A stretch of 62,517 nucleotides of DNA, filler included, from Nemertoderma westbladi (Eukaryota > Animalia > Xenacoelomorpha): NCBI GenBank assembly GCA_032718475.1. It is 4 parts of 4 records of this genome, joined end to end, with 100 filler letters (N's around TTAATTAATTAA, not from the genome) between each part and the next. Parts side by side here need not be neighbours in the genome. Positions count along the whole stretch, not along the records: positions 19,015 to 47,427 come from JAUCBJ010001163.1; positions 47,528 to 59,233 come from JAUCBJ010004068.1; 2 more parts are not named here. One strand, 5' to 3'. Of this stretch, positions 40,020-52,400 are shown piece after piece (within the stretch, counting starts at the first letter, position 1; the number at the start of each line of letters is the position of its first letter). Both the position numbers and the translations under genes were made by a program. The notes under the pieces are model-generated. The model made no database searches. It had not been told where the DNA came from and saw nothing but the letters and a program-made list of their open reading frames with translations.

Positions 40020-41117
40020 TATGCAGATGACACTAAATTGTATCGTCCAATATATTCCCCAACAGACTCATTAGCACTTCAACAAGATATAGACTCCTTG
40101 GTTTCATGGTCCTCACAGTGGCAAATGAATTTTAACATTAAAAAATGCAGTGTTGTTCAACTACAAGCCCCACAGGTACATACAATAAGGAGCTACTATA
40201 TGGGTGATACAGAACTAGCCAATTCGAAAGAAGCCAGAGACCTTGGAATAATTATTTCCCCTGACCTTCGTTTCAGTGAACATGTTGCTCAAATTACAGC
40301 CAAAGCAAGAAACACCTGCTGTCAGATCCATAGAGCGTTCGGTCACCGTGATGCCACATTCCAATGGGGGTTATACTGTACTTACGCCAGACCTATAATT
40401 GAACACAATAGTTCGATATGGTGCCCTAGTCTCGTTAAAGATATAGACATTCTAGAATGTTCTCAGCGATCTTTCATCCGTTACCTTCCTGGTATGTTTG
40501 GTCTCAGCTATGCCGACAGACTAGCAAGGTTCGATGCTAAGCCCCTGGAATATCGCAGAATATTCAATGACTTAGTCGAAATGTTCAAACTAATAAACGG
40601 TCTGAGTCCCCTCAGTGCTAATAATATTTTTCGGCTTGTTACGCGATCAACCAGAGGAAAAGGGTGTAAGATATTCCTTCCACGATCAACAAATTGTATA
40701 TTTCAAAATCATTTCGTAGTTCGGCGTATATCCGTCTGGAACAATCTCCCATCCAATGTAGTTCTATGCACAACTGTGTCATCATTTAAATCCCGCCTCG
40801 ATAATGTGGATCTTCTACCTTACTGCAAGGGCTCTTGGAAGAACACGATGGACACTGTTTATATCCCCACACCCCGTAATTAACAGTTCAATATCCTATA
40901 ATAATTTAATTGTTAAAGTTATATTTTAAAATTATGTTTTTATCAATATCAATATAATATTTTTACTATAATTATACTGTATATTTATTTTATTTAAATT
41001 ACTCTGTGGTGCCTCATGCACGGCTGAGTTCATTTTATTGCCCTATGTACCGGTAATATTTCTTGTATGTGAAAATTTTAACTGATGTGTCATTAAATCA
41101 AATCAAAATCAAATCAA
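40020..41117 (+). mobile_element. 5'-truncated CR1-like LINE (RT C-terminus, 3' UTR, (AAATC)n tail)
   Basis: YADDTKLY, LQQDIDSL..WS..WQMNFN..KC, RDLGIII and WNNLP. Microsatellite tail at ~41095-41117. Confidence 0.9.
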
Positions 41118-41569
41118 CATACTTACAGCCCTAGTTGCAAATACTTTACGCTTAATTATATGATGTATTCGGTCGTACAGTAGGTTTTTGTTATGTCAGT
41201 ATGTAACGGTGTAATGCGGTTTATAATAAATTATAGTGCAGCTACAATAGATAAATGATAGCGGTGGTGGCTGGTGTAATGGGCCTACCCGTCCAACCAC
41301 CGTCTACATTCTGATTCTAAATTGTATGTAGAAATGCACCCCAAATGTAGTAAATTGTTAATAATAATAATAGCCAAATGCAACTGTGCACTGGACTATG
41401 AAGATCTGGTAAAACAGTAAAACAAAATAAAATATGTAAAATTAAGTTAGAAGAATGTTACAAAAGGTGTGCAATAATCAATAAATTAGGATACGTATGA
41501 ATAGTATATCAAACATTGAACAATGGGGAGTTGTGCACAAATTTCGATAAAAAAAGGGGGAAATTATTT

Positions 41570-41780
41570 TAAATTTAGTAGATTCTGGTTCAACCACCAC
41601 ATTAGCTGATTAGTGCCACCAGGATGGTCTGAACTTCAGAGGTAAGTAAGTCTTTTGTATTGTAGTAATTATTGAGTGATGACTTTAAGGCGTTCACAGA
41701 TACTGACTGACTGAGGTGACGACAATGTTCGGTAAGTTATTCCATGGGTCAATTACCCTGAAGAAATGAAATGTTTCGTA
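41570..41780 (-). mobile_element. Degraded CR1-like LINE 3' fragment
   Basis: The minus strand reads RVIDPWNNLPNIVV..SVNALKSSLNNY. Confidence 0.55.
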
Positions 41781-43208
41781 TATACCAGTATTTAATATAT
41801 ATACCAGTATATAGTTTTTGATTATGCATGACACTCTGCGGGCCTTTGGACGGACTTTATAATTTTATTACTTGGACTGGAATTTCAACTAATTCGTAAA
41901 TCGGTGATCCCGATCCGTTAAGATATATATCCCCGTCAAGATATATATATATATATTATATAGGCCTATATGATATAAAAGAAGAAGATACACCACGAAA
42001 ACAATGAGCAACCCAAGAAGATCATCAACAGGGAATAACGCAAAGGCCAGCCAAAAGAAGTTTGTACAAACTAGTGTAGAATGTGGGGCGAGCCACGAAG
42101 TGAGTGAGCCTTAGCGTAGTGGTACCATTAATCAACCTGTCGTTCTGTCGTGTTCAATTTTAAACGTTAATAACTCGGCCAATCTTTGATGAAATCTATC
42201 CAAACTTGGTACACATGTTGTTTGGCAAAAGTTTAGAAATTTTCCAAGTAGAATTTCCGTGTGGCCTTCGAGAAGCTAAGATAATAGCAGTTAATTAGTT
42301 AATTAAGTTGATTACGGTGAAAACACCATTTTCAACCTGCCTTTTAAAGGAAATTAATTGTTTTACAGTATAAGATTTAAATAATTATAATTAAAAATTA
42401 TACAGATGTAATCCACATACGCCATTCTATTATAGTTTTTAATTAGTTCAAGTGATTTGCTTTAATAATTGTGTCTTTAATTGATCTAAAGTAATTAAAA
42501 CGGCATAAAAAATTGATTCTATTAAATACTGATCATTTATTGGCCAACTTGCAAGTTGGCTGGTACATAGATGGGGGATGTGTGTGTAAGGGAGCCAGTT
42601 GCTGGGAATGCCAGTGGAGGGGGGTTGTATGTAACTAGCCACACGGCTGCCAGCTAGACCTAACGAGATTGAAACCTGCATTCCCTACCTCCTATTACAC
42701 TATAGAGTCTGTGTTCTTTAGTCTCAGGTAATAGACAGATCTCATTTAATGATTGTCAGTCAATAAGATTACCACTGCGCAGAAGGCTTATATCCAAAAT
42801 TGTTTATTTCTCAAAATATTATGCTTATTATTTTTTGATGGGATTTCTGTGTATTTTAATTGTCTAAGTTTTCAGAGGCATTAACAGTATATTAAATAAA
42901 TTATTTGAATATCATTCATTACTGCATCGACTGTATTTAGTACTGCGTAGATTATATTCCTATAAACCACCTGGCTTCGCATATTGAACGTGCGATTGGA
43001 AATAAGTTCGTGCTACCTTCCGTGGGTGGTAGATGTCGCGGTTATGTATTGGTGGGTGGGAAGGGTGGGGGGGGGGGGGGGGGTGGTGGGGTGGGGTGGG
43101 GGTGCAGATTTAAAGGGCTGAACACGTACTGTCCCTCTTTTTTTGATTGATTGGCGGTGTGGTTAAATTTCTAAATTTTACTAATTTATAAAGTTAAATA
43201 CTGATTTT

Positions 43209-44147
43209 GTGATACAGTCGCTCGATATTAATTTGTATCTCATAACTGGGCCTCGTGCTGCGCGAAGGCCCCACGAACGTGTACATTCTGCACATCAACC
43301 TGGACTGATATTCAGTTACCTGAAGAGATGGCGCGTAAAAAAAACCATTGTATCTAAGAAATTTGCCTGTGGATTCTGCGCTGCTGAGCACTTATCCCGC
43401 TTGTCAGTGATGGAGGAAGAAAATCTACAGTTGCAGCAGGAACTGGAAGCAATGAAAAAAAAGATAAGCGTAGACTTAGACGGCGAAGATAAGCTAGTTG
43501 CTAGTAAGGAATTATCAGATATGCGTTGCGAGATCGAAGAACGTTTCAACGAAGTTGAGGCTTCCCAAGCCGGGCTTCAGACAAAGATTGATAAAAGTGA
43601 TACTTCTCCCATTGCAGTAGATCAAGATGAGAGTTCGTCTACCTGGGTGGAAGTGGTGCGCCAAAATACCAAAAAGCTTGAAGACCTAAATAAAAAAATG
43701 GACGTTCGAACCCAACAGCAACCTCAAATCGCTATTGAGAGAGCAATACGATTACATGATCAACGCAAATGCAACGTTGTGATTAAACATATCCCTGGAG
43801 ATAACGCAACTAACGAGTCTGCCAAACAACGATCTCTGGATACAAAGTTCCTAGAGGACTCACTAGGAGAAAAAATAGAATGCCGCGGGATCCAGAGGCT
43901 TGGAAAACCACGAGATGATAATTCTGCTCGAATAATATTGCTCTCATATGACTCCCCCATTGAAGCAAATAAAATGCTAGCACGTCGCAACTTCACAGTG
44001 GATGGAACCAAATACTACTTCGACAGGGACATGTCAAAAAGTGAAAGAGAAGCTGAATACAATGCTCGGCAGAAGAGGCGAGGAGTACAAGAACAGAAGT
44101 CCACATCAGGTCCCAAGAATCAAACAGATGCGGAACGGGTAGATTGA
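43209..44147 (+). CDS. LINE ORF1 (CxxC motif, coiled coil, RRM-like RKCNVVI..QRLGK..RIILL); true start uncertain
   Basis: Motifs typical of CR1/L2-group ORF1, lying directly upstream of an APE-RT ORF. Confidence 0.8.
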   Translation: MIQSLDINLYLITGPRAARRPHERVHSAHQPGLIFSYLKRWRVKKTIVSKKFACGFCAAEHLSRLSVMEEENLQLQQELEAMKKKISVDLDGEDKLVASKELSDMRCEIEERFNEVEASQAGLQTKIDKSDTSPIAVDQDESSSTWVEVVRQNTKKLEDLNKKMDVRTQQQPQIAIERAIRLHDQRKCNVVIKHIPGDNATNESAKQRSLDTKFLEDSLGEKIECRGIQRLGKPRDDNSARIILLSYDSPIEANKMLARRNFTVDGTKYYFDRDMSKSEREAEYNARQKRRGVQEQKSTSGPKNQTDAERVD

Positions 44148-47100
44148 CTATACTCTTACTCAACCGCCCCACACAATAGACCACAGCAGCAGACCCCGGC
44201 TGCGTTGCCAACGCCCGCGCGGCCCCCGGCTGCATCGCCAGCGTCCGCGCACCCCCCGGCTGCGTCGCCAGCATCCGTGCGGCCCCTGGCTGCGTCGCCA
44301 ATGTCCGCACGGCCCCCGGCTGCGTCGCTAACGCCCGTGCGGCCCCTGGCTGCGTCTCCAGCGCCCACGCGGCCCCCGGCTGCGTCGCCAACGCCCGCAC
44401 GGCCCCCGGCTGTGTCGCCAACGCCCGTGCGGCCCCCGACTGCGTCTCCAGCGCCCACGCGGCCCCCGGCTGTGTCGTCAGCGTCCGCATGGCCCCCGGC
44501 TGCGTCGCCAACGCCCGCGCAGCCCCCGGCTGCGTCTCCAGCGCCCGCGCGGCCCCTGGCTGCGTCGCCAGCGTCCGAGTGGCCCCCGGCTGTGTCGCCA
44601 ATGCCCACGCGGCCCCCGGCTGCGTCGCCAACGCCCGCGTGGCCCCCAGCTGCATTTCCAGTGCCCGCGCGCCCCCCGGCTGTGTCGCCAATGCCTGCGC
44701 GGCCCCCGGCTGCATCGCCAGCGTCCGCGCGGCCCCCGGTTGCGTCGCCAGCGCCCGTGCGGCCCCCGGCTGCGTCGCCAGCGCCCGTGCGGCCCCCGGC
44801 TGCGTCTCCAGTGCCAGCGCGGCCCCCGGCTGCGTCGCCAATGCCCGCGCGGCCCCCTGCTGCGTCGCCAACGCCCCCGCGGCCCCCGGCTGCGTCACCA
44901 GCGTCCGCGCGGCCCCCGGCATCATTATCAACTGGTATCTCTCTCCATCTGTGCATAATGAATACTCGATCAGCCCGCAACAAAAGTGCTGAAATAGTTG
45001 ATTTCATCACGCAAAACAACATCGACATATGCGCGTTAACCGAAACATGGTTCAATCTCAAAGATGATGCTGTTAAAAGCCTTTGTACTCCCGATGGTTA
45101 CACAACCAATGACTCCCCTAGGCTCGGCCGTTTGGGCGGAGGCACGGGAGTTATAGTAAAGAACTCTCTGCCAGTTACACTACACAGTGATGGCGAGAAC
45201 AAGTCATTTGAATACTCAATATGGTTCATCAAATGCTCAAAAACCACACTATGTATGATTGTAATATATCGTATGCCATTTAGTCCTACCCACCCCGTCA
45301 CTTGTTCAACATTTTTGAGAGAATTTCCCAAATTCATTGAACCATGGCTTTGTTGTGAACAGCGTCTAATTGTGGTGGGTGACTTCAACATACATGTCGA
45401 TGCAAGAGATGACTACTATGCAAAAAAGCTAATAGACCTTCTCGATAGTATGGGTTTAACACAACATGTTTTAGTCCCTACCCACGAAACAGGACATACT
45501 CTCGACTTGATATTGACTAGAAATTGTGACGACCTAGTCGTTAGTACCCCAGCAGCAACCTACTACATATCCGATCACTGTGCAGTACAATGCTTTTTAT
45601 CAATACCCAAACCACCGACGGTTCCAAAAGTTATTCACTGGCGAGATTTAAAGTGTATAGTTATGGAAGATTTCAATAACAGTATTAGTAACTCTGCTCT
45701 TTGTAAACCCGCATTCACCGATCTCAGCATAGACGAACAAGCAGTAACTTACAACAAGATCTTATCTGCAATGATTGACAAATATGCCCCGATGAAAACC
45801 AAAGCAATCACTGAACGTTCAGGTCCTAAATGGTTTACCACAAGCGCAAGAAGTTTGAAAGCACAACGACGAGCAGCTGAACGACGCTGGCGACAGTCGA
45901 AATCTCCTACCGATTTGGAAGAATTTAAGCGAATACGAAAACTCTACGCTGTTAAGTTAATCGCAGATCGCAGGGCTTTCTACCGCGGTGAAATCGCTGC
46001 GTGTAATGGCGACCAAAAAGCATTGTTCAGTCTGGTAAACTCGCTGGCCAAACAAAAGAAAAACATAGTTTATCCAAATCACAACTCACCAGTCGAGCTG
46101 GCTAATTTGTTTGCAGATTATTTTGCTGCAAAAATCCGAATTATCCGAGATGATCTAGACATTGCGAACTCCAGAACGGATCCTATGCAATGTAAATCTC
46201 ATCAAATCTCTAGTGACCACACAAGAACTGCAACGCTTTCCCAATTCACTGTATTGCCTACCTCCGAAGTGGGACGACTAATATCATCAGCACCCAACAA
46301 GCAATGTCCTCAGGACCCATTGCCAACCAGTATCGTAAAACAGTGCATCTCGAGTCTTTGTATACCAATCAGTATTATGACAAACAACTCTCTGCAGAGC
46401 GGTAACGTCCCTGACGTTTGGAAAACGGCAACAGTCACGCCGACTTTAAAGAAAACTAATTTGAACTCGATTATAAAATCCAATTTTCGACCTGTAAGTG
46501 GTTTACCATTTGTATCAAAAATTGCAGAGCGAGCAGTAATGTCACAATTCCTACCATACATTGATGAACACCATCCTTTACCATGCACTGAATCGGGATA
46601 TCGACGATTCCACAGTACCGAAACAGCCTTAATTAAAGTTCAATCCGATATCCTTATCAACATGGACAACAAGAAGGTGACATTTCTAGTGCTACTAGAT
46701 CTAAGTGCCGCCTTCGACACTGTAGACCACGATCGGCTATTGAACGTATTCGAGTCGGACCTGGGAATTTGTGGCACCTGTCTCCGTTGGTTTTCATCGT
46801 TTCTCCGAGGACGTCATCAACACGTAACAACATTGGGTTCGAACTCTAAGGATCACTTACTAGAATATGGTTTTCCCCAGGGAGCTTGCTCATCATGTCA
46901 CTACTTTGGGAACTTTGGCAGAGGGCTATTTAAAATCATCGAGCGACACTTACCGATTGCTTTACATGGATATGCAGATGATAAACAAACCTACCACGCA
47001 TTTCAGCCAACTAACGAATCCGATGAAGCCGATGCACTAAAAGCTCTAGAAAATTGCATCGCAGATTTGCGCGAATGGTTCATCGAAAATAAACTAAAAA

Positions 47101-47427
47101 TAAACGATGACAAAACCGAGTTTATAATATTAGGAACCCCGCAACAATTATCTAAACTAACTACTAAGTCTATTCGTGTTGGGGACTTTGAAATATATCC
47201 AGCAAAATCGGTGAAGAACCTTGGTGCATGGCTCGATCCTGGTCTAACCATGAGCAAGTTCATAACAAAAACTTGTAGCGCAGCCTTCTTCCACCTCCAC
47301 AATATTCGACGCATCGCTAACTTTCTCGACCAGAAGTCTGCAGAAACCATCATACACTCGCTCATATCAAGCCGTATCGATTACTGTAACGGTCTTCTCT
47401 ACGGTGTACCTGGCTACCAACTTGCAA
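44148..47427 (+). CDS. L2-like LINE ORF2 (APE endonuclease plus reverse transcriptase), open until the assembly gap
   Basis: CALTETW, VGDFN, GHTLDLI, SDH, NFRPVS, VLLDLSAAFDTVDH, GFPQG, YADD and SRIDYCNGLL. No stop codon from 44148 to the gap. Confidence 0.95.
44194..44920 (+). repeat. 30-bp GC-rich coding minisatellite, about 24 copies (decapeptide about ARPPAASPAP), ahead of the APE domain
   Basis: GGCCCCCGGCTGCGTCGCCA... recurs every 30 nt with no indels. Confidence 0.97.
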
Positions 47428-47527
47428 NNNNNNNNNNNNNNNNNNNNNNNNNNNNNNNNNNNNNNNNNNNNTTAATTAATTAANNNNNNNNNNNNNNNNN
47501 NNNNNNNNNNNNNNNNNNNNNNNNNNN
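47428..47527. other. Scaffold gap with artificial linker
   Basis: N block containing TTAATTAATTAA. Confidence 0.99.
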
Positions 47528-48110
47528 TGTCCTGCAAAGCGGAGGCGATTTTGTTCTAGTGTCAAGCTTGGGGGAACCAATGAGACACCTCCAATGTTAT
47601 ATAGTGTCTGGTTGGAGATGTGTGCATTGTACCTGACACAATGAACCCGGCGTAGCATTCTTGTGAATATGCCATCCAGAGATTTGGTGTCCTCAGCAGT
47701 TAGAGCCCAGCATGGACTCCCGTAGAGGAGTACTGGAACTACTGCTGCTCTAAATAATCGGACCTTAAGTTTACGATTAATTCTCGGTGACTTCCAAATA
47801 CTGGAAAGCCTATTCAAGGCTGCCCATGCCTTTTTCCCTAACGTATTCGAAGGTCCTCACCTGACTCCCGGATCCATGATCCCAGGTAACAGAAGTCGTC
47901 CACATGCTCAAGCATACCATCCTTTGAACTTGTGCTCATCCGATCTTTCAAAGTTAACTGTCAAAATGTTGGTCTTTCTGCAGTTAATAAAAAGACTAAC
48001 ACTAGAAGAAGCCTGTTTTAATGAGTTGAGGAGCCGTTGGGCTCCCTCTAGTGATTCTGAGAGTACTCCTAAGTCATCAGCAAATTCTAGATCAGTTAGG
48101 TACTTGCGAG
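47528..48110 (-). mobile_element. Frameshifted RTE-like RT fragment
   Basis: LEFADDL, VDDFCYLGS, KAWAAL, KVRLFRAAVVPVLLYGS..W and RLRFAG spread over three frames. Confidence 0.85.
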
Positions 48111-48124
48111 CAGTCGATGGAGTG

Positions 48125-48510
48125 AGGGCAGGTCTGGTCTCTAGAGGTGTTTGGGCGAACGAGGTTGTGGCGTCTTTCGACATTTCGATTATAAATCTCG
48201 ACGCTGTTTCCTATGTTCGATTAAATGCCTCTGCTGAGACCTTACTCACCCAAAGGGAACGTGTCAAGCGGGCCCACTATCAGGAGCCCTGCGAGACACG
48301 CCGTATGCACTTCACTCCTCTCGTGTGCTTAACTGATAGTGTGTGGGCTGTGGAATCTCAGAAGTTCATTAAACACCTTGCAGAGACACTTGTGTCAAAG
48401 CGCGTGGGGATGAGGCAGCGAGGGTTGGGGGTTGAGTTGGGTGCTGTGAGGAGGCGATTGCAGTTTGGGCTGTTTCGGGCTGCGTCACTGTGTCTCAGGG
48501 GTGGAGACCA
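48125..48510 (+). mobile_element. CRE-clade restriction-like endonuclease C-terminal fragment
   Basis: RGVW...FDISI, ERVKRAHY, FTPLV and RRLQF.L.RA...CLRG. Confidence 0.75.
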
Positions 48511-49450
48511 TGGAGGAGTCTCGGTATCGGCGATGGAGCGGGGGTGCGGGGTCTTTACCCTGAAATGTATTAGGGCTTCAACAATATCTTAGGAACTAAT
48601 TAATATATATGCTACTCTTCTGGAGGAATTGTTTATTGTTTAATCATTATTATTATTCTAAATCAATTATAGAAATGTGACTACTGTATATATATTTATT
48701 TAATCATATTAATATAACAACCAAAGTCACAGTGTCAATCATTATATACAATAAAACAAACAAGGGTAAAGAAATAGCAAGAAATGTAGCGTTGGTGCAT
48801 TAAGGGTGGGGGGGGGGGGGGTCAGGGTCAATGGCCTGGTTACTAAAATTTTGTAAATATTTATATTCAATAAACGTAAATTATGTTTAAATAAAATATA
48901 TATCTGAAACAATATAAAAGTTATTAAAATATTAATCCAAAACAAATCAATATGTCTAATAATGATTATGAAAAACTGAAACAAGTCGGATAAGCTTGCT
49001 TTTCCTACGGTTGACACCAAACGATAAATTTTAACCTAAAACACCTCAAGAGACACTCACATATTATTATTGTTATTACCGTAGAGTGAATTAAACTTAC
49101 ACACAGTCCGTTAGAGAGACCAATGACAAACGAATATATAAATAACATATAATATAAATTACCCCCCCCCCCCCCCCCCCCCCCCCCCCCATACTGCCAC
49201 AATAATAGCACCCGATAAGTTCTAATGTTCCTAGTGATCAACGTTGTCAAAGGCCTTTTGTAAATCTAACATAATTTACACAAATTATGTAATTATTTAT
49301 ATTCAATAAATGTAAATTACTGTATGTCTAATATGTGTGCCTGAAACTATTGTAGAATTTACGGATGTCATATAAAGTTGAGCTTTAACTTCAATTTCAA
49401 AATATTTTTAAAGAATATCTTTGAACTAACTTTATTGCATTGACTGATAT

Positions 49451-52400
49451 TTAATTATTTTTTGTTTTCTTAGCTGTCAAATATAGCAAGCTGTTCTCGT
49501 TTTCTATTAAAATATCTGGTTTATCAAATTCCACTATTTTTCCTTCACTCATCACTATTATTCTATCGCAGTTTATGATGGTATCTATCCGATGGGCAAT
49601 CGTCAAAACCGTGGCATCAGCGAAATTCTTCGAGATGGCAGACTGTATGAGTTCATCTGTAAACTGATCAATCGAAGATGTTGCTTCATCAATTAGAACA
49701 ATCATGTATTTCCTTAACATTGCTCTTGCTAAACATATCAATTGTCTTTCACCGACACTAAGGTTAGCACCACGACTTTCTACCACAAAATTCAAGATAT
49801 CAATTTGTCCGCCATGGGGAAGAATTGAACCATAACCATATCTAGAATCATGTCTCATTTCTAAGAAAGATTTTAATTGAACCCTTTCTAGAGCCCCAAT
49901 GATCTCAATACCATTAAACTCATTAAAAGGGTCTAAGTTATATCGCAAACTGCCTTCAAATAGAACAGGATCTTGTGGAATAACTGCGATTGACTTCCGC
50001 AAGTCGTGCAAACCAATTTTAGTTATGTCAACATCATCAATAGTGATTATTCCTTGAGGTTCAACAAGACGAAGTAACACTGTAAATAATGACGATTTTC
50101 CCGCTCCAGTTCGCCCTACTACTCCAATTTTCTCAAAAGGTCTCGTTTTAAAATTTATTCCATGCAGTACCTCATTATCTCCATAAGTAAGCTTTACATT
50201 TTTGAAGGTGATAATTCCACTATTTGGCCAATGGTTTGGAATTTTAATACCAGGAATATGGAATGGAGCCTCTTGGTCCAAATTATAGAAATCTAGAACT
50301 CGTTCAACAGATGTTAACTTAATTTCCAACTGCGCAGTTACCATCATGAAATATGTGATAAAATTTACCAAACCAAACACATATATTACCGCAACGAACA
50401 ATATCTCATTAGATACAAAGCTACCCATGTACAAAGAAATAAATAAAACAAATATGCTAAAAATGGTAAAAAGAATCGATATACTCATAGTGAGCAACGT
50501 AGTAAGATTATAAACCATGTACAATGATTCTGTATGACGATCTATGTGGGCAAAAAAACGTTTTACGTAAAATGGTTGAACAGCAAATGCCTTTATAATT
50601 TCACGACCTTCCATTGTATCGGATGCATGTTGAAATATTGGATTTCTCACAGATCCTTCAATAAACTTAACTTGTTTAAGACTTTTCATAATATACAAAC
50701 GTATCAAGAAGAGAAGTACTACAGTAGGTATAGCAAGCAATAAAGTCCAGGGATTAGCTATTCCCGAAAGTAAAATGGCAAGAGTGCAACGACATGCTAT
50801 ATTTACCATGTCAACAACTAATTCTGGTAAAATATTATCCATTATTCCGATGTCTTTGGAAAATCGGTTCAAGATTCCACCTGCGGGATTCTGCTCAAAG
50901 AATTTCATTGGGGCATGCGCAACTCTTTTAAAAATGTCTCCATGTAATTTGTCAGAAGCGCCTAGTATAACATGATAGAGAGTGAGCATACTTATTGTAC
51001 TGCATAATAAACATGAAAACACCAGATATGCATATCCAAGTACAATATCTCTCCATTGGCTCTTAATTATTAGTTGGTTAATAATGTTATTATTAACTTC
51101 AACGTAATTATGACTTTGAGAATTATTAAATGATTGTTGTGTAGCCCAATTGACCAACCAATAATCCGACAATGATAGATATACGTATGTTAAAATCCCT
51201 GTTGATACCAATACTAGAAAACGCGGTGCACTTAATCCCGATTTAATGTAAACGAGAATCATTGTAACGGATGACTTGGCTGTTCTATCATTATTTTCGG
51301 AATTATTGTCAATATTAGCATTGTAGTTTTCATCTTCCCTCAATTTACTTTCAGTCGTTTTGGTAATATTGATTTCCATACACTTTGATGTTTGTGACAA
51401 ATTGTTACGGATTAGAGATTCAGTGATATCTTTTCCATAAAGTGACACTGTCTTTGAATTTGCAGGTATAATTTCTAGGAGGTGGGTGACCATGATAACA
51501 ATTCCTTTCGATAGACAGTGCTTTAAACAGTTATCAACCAAGTTATTTGCCACTCGTCTGTCTACAGCTGAGAGAGGATCATCCATAAGGTATATATTTG
51601 CCCTGGAATAAACTGCTCTTGCTAAGCTAATACGAGCTTTCTGCCCGCCAGATAATGATATACCCTTTTCACCAACTAATGTCATATCGCCATCTTTAAA
51701 CAGCAATAAGTCCAAAGATAAACAACATAATTTAATAACTTCATTGTACCATTTTCGCTCAAACATTTGCCCCAGTAAGATATTTTCCCTTATTGTTCCA
51801 GAGAATATGAATGGTGTTTGAGATACATAGGCCAACTTCCCATTTGTCTCAATTGATCCATTTTCAGGAAGCCACTCACCTAATATTGCCTGCAATATGC
51901 TTGACTTTCCAGAACCTACTGGACCAATAATGTAAACTATTTCACCTAAAACTGCATTGAAAGATATCTGAATGATAGACCCATTGTTGAAAGACCATCT
52001 TCCTAAAATATTATCTACATTTACAAAAATATCTTTTGAGTCTGAAATATTTCGCATTTTTACTTTCCTCTGTAATTCAACAAAATCAAATAATTCGTAA
52101 TTGAAACCTACAAAATTATTAATTCGTTGAAAAACACAGTGAAGTTCCCCCAGTTCACGTAAAGCAGTAGCAAATACAAGCACACTTGTAATTACATTCA
52201 TCAATATAATATTGGAACTCAATACAGTGATAATATTTAATTGAAACCCAATCCCAGAATACAGAACATAGACACAAAATATTACCACATTAACATAAGC
52301 AAACAAAATGGTAGAATAAAATGAATGACAATACATGATTTTACAAATCTGTGAGAATTCTTTACTTCGGGCATTCTTTACAGCCGCTTCATAGAATTCT

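Noticed and set aside
43993-45061. Antisense Ala/Gly-rich ORFs (312 and 301 aa) and other frames over the 30-bp repeat
   Set aside because: Expected from a stop-poor GC-rich repeat whose period is a multiple of 3.
15131-48110. Three RT fragments all appear to begin near the (Y/F)ADD motif
   Set aside because: Probably recognition bias, since true 5' boundaries cannot be fixed without consensus sequences.
47876-48592. 238-aa protein as one gene
   Set aside because: The first third is antisense RTE sequence and the rest is a CRE endonuclease remnant.
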